The translations under genes and the position numbers were made by a program. A stretch of 18,892 nt of DNA. It comes from Myxococcota bacterium. GTDB lineage: Bacteria > Myxococcota_A > UBA9042 > PHBI01 > JAWLBL01. The stretch lies in assembly GCA_041687695.1 (NCBI GenBank), contig JAWLBL010000002.1:51769-70660 (forward strand), given 5' to 3'. Shown in pieces: positions 16,715-18,892 of the stretch (positions are counted from its first letter, which is position 1; the number at the start of each line of letters is the position of its first letter). The notes under the pieces are model-generated. The model worked only from the letters and a program-made list of their open reading frames with translations, was not told the DNA's origin and did not search any database.

Positions 16715-17613
16715 TGCTCGCCGTCCTCACTCCCGCCGCGCCCTGGGCCGACGCCCCTTCGGTGGGCCTGCAGCTGGCCTGCCTGGCCATCGTCGCCCTG
16801 TACGTCGTCATGCGCGCCCCGCGCGACCCCGACCCCGCCGCGTTCCTGATGCGCCTGGGCGCCCTGATGGCCGCCAGCTGGCTGGCCGAGGACACCTGCA
16901 TCCACCTCTACGGCTTCTACGGCTACTCGCCCCACTGGACCGGCTTCGTCGACCGCGTCCCCATCCTCATCGTCACCATCTGGCCGGTCGTCATCCACAC
17001 CGCCTGGGATCTGGCCCGCCACCTGGCCCCGCGCCGCGCGCTGGTGCCGTGGATCGGCGCCGGCATCGTGCTGGGCGACGCCTCGCTCATCGAGCCCATC
17101 GCCGTGCAGGCCGGCCTGTGGCGCTGGTACGAGCCCGGCCTGTTCGCCGTGCCGCCCATCGGCATCCTCGGCTGGGCCCTGTTCGCCCTGCTGGCCATCG
17201 CCGTGCTGGACCGCGGCGCGGCAGGGCCACGCTCTCGGCCGACCCCGCTGACGCTGGCGGCGCTGTTCCCGGTGGCCAGCGTCGGCGTGCACGCGCTGCT
17301 GCTGGCCCTGTGGTGGGGCGCGCTGCGCTGGGTCAACCACGACGTGCCGCCGTGGCCGGTGGTCGCCCTGGCCTGGGCGCTGTCGCTCGGCCTGGCCGCG
17401 CGCGCCATCAAGACCGGCGCGGGCCGCCGGGTGCCGCGCCTCGAGCTGCTGTTGCGCGCGCCCGCCGCCGGCTTCTTCTTCGTGTTGCTGGCGGTGCACG
17501 GCGCCGAGCTGCCCGCGCTGGTCGCCTACGCGCTGGCCTTCGCGCCGCCGTATCTGGTGCTGACCGCCCAGGCCTGGGCCGCGGGATCGGCCCCGGCGCG
17601 CGCGGACGCGTAG
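16714..17613 (+). CDS. Polytopic membrane protein, carotenoid-biosynthesis/CruF-like (DUF422) family, 299 aa
   Basis: ATG overlaps the UbiA stop (TGATG), with GGAGG at 16702-16706. Duplicated motifs AEDTCIHLYGFYGYS...VPILIVTIW and DASLIEPIAVQAGLWRW...FAVPPIGILGW resemble the two halves of CruF-type hydratases. The CDS is secure; the family call is moderate. Confidence 0.7.
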   Translation: MLAVLTPAAPWADAPSVGLQLACLAIVALYVVMRAPRDPDPAAFLMRLGALMAASWLAEDTCIHLYGFYGYSPHWTGFVDRVPILIVTIWPVVIHTAWDLARHLAPRRALVPWIGAGIVLGDASLIEPIAVQAGLWRWYEPGLFAVPPIGILGWALFALLAIAVLDRGAAGPRSRPTPLTLAALFPVASVGVHALLLALWWGALRWVNHDVPPWPVVALAWALSLGLAARAIKTGAGRRVPRLELLLRAPAAGFFFVLLAVHGAELPALVAYALAFAPPYLVLTAQAWAAGSAPARADA

Positions 17614-17630
17614 CCCCGGCGGGCCGGGGC
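17613..17630. terminator. GC-rich hairpin between convergent stops
   Basis: GCCCCGG-cggg-CCGGGGC fills most of the 21-nt gap between the two stop codons. Confidence 0.4.
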
Positions 17631-17634
17631 GCGG

Positions 17635-18891
17635 TCAGGGGACCTGGAGCGCTTCGTAGATGACCTGGTCGCGGCCTGGGAGGTTGGTGGTGTCGGGGTA
17701 GCCGCCCGCCAGGACGCGGTAGGTGCCCGGGAAGACGGTCAGCTGCCAGGGGAAGCCGGTCGCGTGGCTGCAGAACAGGTCGAAGTCGAACTGGTAGCCG
17801 TGTTCGACCTCTATGAAGCGCACGCGTCCGCGGGGATAGGCACCGTTGCCGTCGTAGCAGTCGACGTTGGGTTTGGCGGGGACGCCGTTGGATAGCAGGG
17901 TGCCGGAGACGGTGACGCTCTCGACGTCGAGGGCCAGGTTGGACAGGGGGCCGTCGACGACCAGCGCCTGGTGGATGACCTGGTCGCGGCCTGGGAGGTT
18001 GGTGGTGTCGGGGTAGCCGCCCGCGAGGACGCGGTAGGTGCCCGGGAAGACGGTCAGCTGCCAGGGGAAGCCGGTCGCGTGGCTGCAGAACAGGTCGAAG
18101 TCGAACTGGTAGCCGTGTTCGACCTCTATGAAGCGCACGCGTCCGCGGGGGTAGGCGCCGTTGCCGTCGTAGCAGTCGACGTTGGGTTTGGCAGGGACGC
18201 CGTTGGACAGCAGGGTGCCGGAGACGGTGACGCTCTCGACGTCGAGGGTCAGGTTGGACAGGGGGCCGTCGACGACCAGCGCCTGGTGGATGACCTGGTC
18301 GCGGCCTGGGAGGTTGGTGGTGTCGGGATAGCCGCCCGCCAGGACGCGGTAGGTGCCGGGGAAGACGGTCAGCTGCCAGGGGAAGCCGGTCGCGTGGCTG
18401 CAGAACAGGTCGAAGTCGAACTGGTAGCCGTGGTCGACCTCTATGAAGCGCACGCGTCCGCGGGGATAGGCGCCGTTTCCGTCGTAGCAGTCGGTGTTGG
18501 GTTTGGCGGGGACGCCGTTGGATAGCAGGGTGCCCGAGACGGTGACGCTCTGGACGTCGAGGGCCAGGTTGGACAGCGGGCCGTCGACGACCAGCGCCTG
18601 GTGGATGACCTGGTCGCGGCCAGGGAGGTTGGTGGTGTCGGGGTAGCCGCCCGCGAGGACGCGGTAGGTGCCCGGGAAGATGGTCAGCTGCCAGGGGAAG
18701 CCGGTCGGTTGATTGCAGAAGAGGTCGAAGTCGAACTGGTAGCCGTGTTCGACCTCTATGAAGCGCACGCGCCCGCGGGGATAGGCGCCGTTGCCGTCGT
18801 AGCAGTCGGTGTTGGGTTTGGCGGGGACGCCGTTGGATAGCAGGGTGCCCGAGACGGTGACGCTCTGGACGTCGAGGGCCAGGTTGGACAG
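17635..18891 (-). CDS. 5'-truncated, probably extracellular protein built from near-identical 105-aa beta-sandwich-like repeats
   Basis: The frame is open to the window edge; the ORF-track start at 18768 is internal. Each unit has VTVSGTL..NG and PGTYRV motifs (carboxypeptidase-regulatory/prealbumin-like strand pattern) and two Cys. Ends QVIYEALQVP*. Confidence 0.85.
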   Translation of the reverse strand: MSNLALDVQSVTVSGTLLSNGVPAKPNTDCYDGNGAYPRGRVRFIEVEHGYQFDFDLFCNQPTGFPWQLTIFPGTYRVLAGGYPDTTNLPGRDQVIHQALVVDGPLSNLALDVQSVTVSGTLLSNGVPAKPNTDCYDGNGAYPRGRVRFIEVDHGYQFDFDLFCSHATGFPWQLTVFPGTYRVLAGGYPDTTNLPGRDQVIHQALVVDGPLSNLTLDVESVTVSGTLLSNGVPAKPNVDCYDGNGAYPRGRVRFIEVEHGYQFDFDLFCSHATGFPWQLTVFPGTYRVLAGGYPDTTNLPGRDQVIHQALVVDGPLSNLALDVESVTVSGTLLSNGVPAKPNVDCYDGNGAYPRGRVRFIEVEHGYQFDFDLFCSHATGFPWQLTVFPGTYRVLAGGYPDTTNLPGRDQVIYEALQVP

Positions 18892-18892
18892 C
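17659..18892. repeat. Tandem 315-bp repeat, at least 3.9 copies, roughly 95% identical or better
   Basis: Units start with GATGACCTGGTC at 17659, 17974, 18289 and 18604. The last unit is cut by the window end. Confidence 0.97.

Noticed and set aside
17659..18892. Diversity-generating retroelement (TR/VR) interpretation of the 315-bp repeats
   Set aside because: Differences are not adenine-specific (many C/G swaps), the copies are in-frame tandem units, and no reverse transcriptase is in the window.

Overview
Very GC-rich bacterial DNA (about 70-75% by eye). The gene families suggest Myxococcota or a related deltaproteobacterial lineage; this is an inference. Ten credible CDSs, in order: (-) secreted Asp-box/Cys-rich/FG-GAP protein; (-) SEC-C motif protein; (+) class I SAM methyltransferase preceded by a Fur-like box and a CRP/FNR-like palindrome; (-) hemerythrin-like protein; (+) MalT-like STAND NTPase regulator with a C-terminal wHTH-BTAD output; (+) 1810-aa lipoprotein with 26 tandem 33-aa Cys/Asp repeats, MopE-like motifs and a Gly-rich tail; (-) DadA-like FAD oxidoreductase; (+) UbiA prenyltransferase coupled to (+) a CruF-like membrane protein; (-) 5'-truncated protein made of near-identical 105-aa (315-bp) repeats. 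No rRNA, tRNA, CRISPR array, transposase or integrase was recognised. The best leads are (1) the STAND-BTAD regulator, an 11-bp-period heptamer direct repeat and the giant surface lipoprotein as one module, (2) a lyeJ-cruF-like gene pair with no crt genes nearby, (3) a possibly iron/redox-regulated methyltransferase beside a hemerythrin, and (4) a recently recombined 315-bp intragenic repeat array. Most other long ORFs in the track are high-GC shadow frames. All family calls come from motif recognition; no searches were run.
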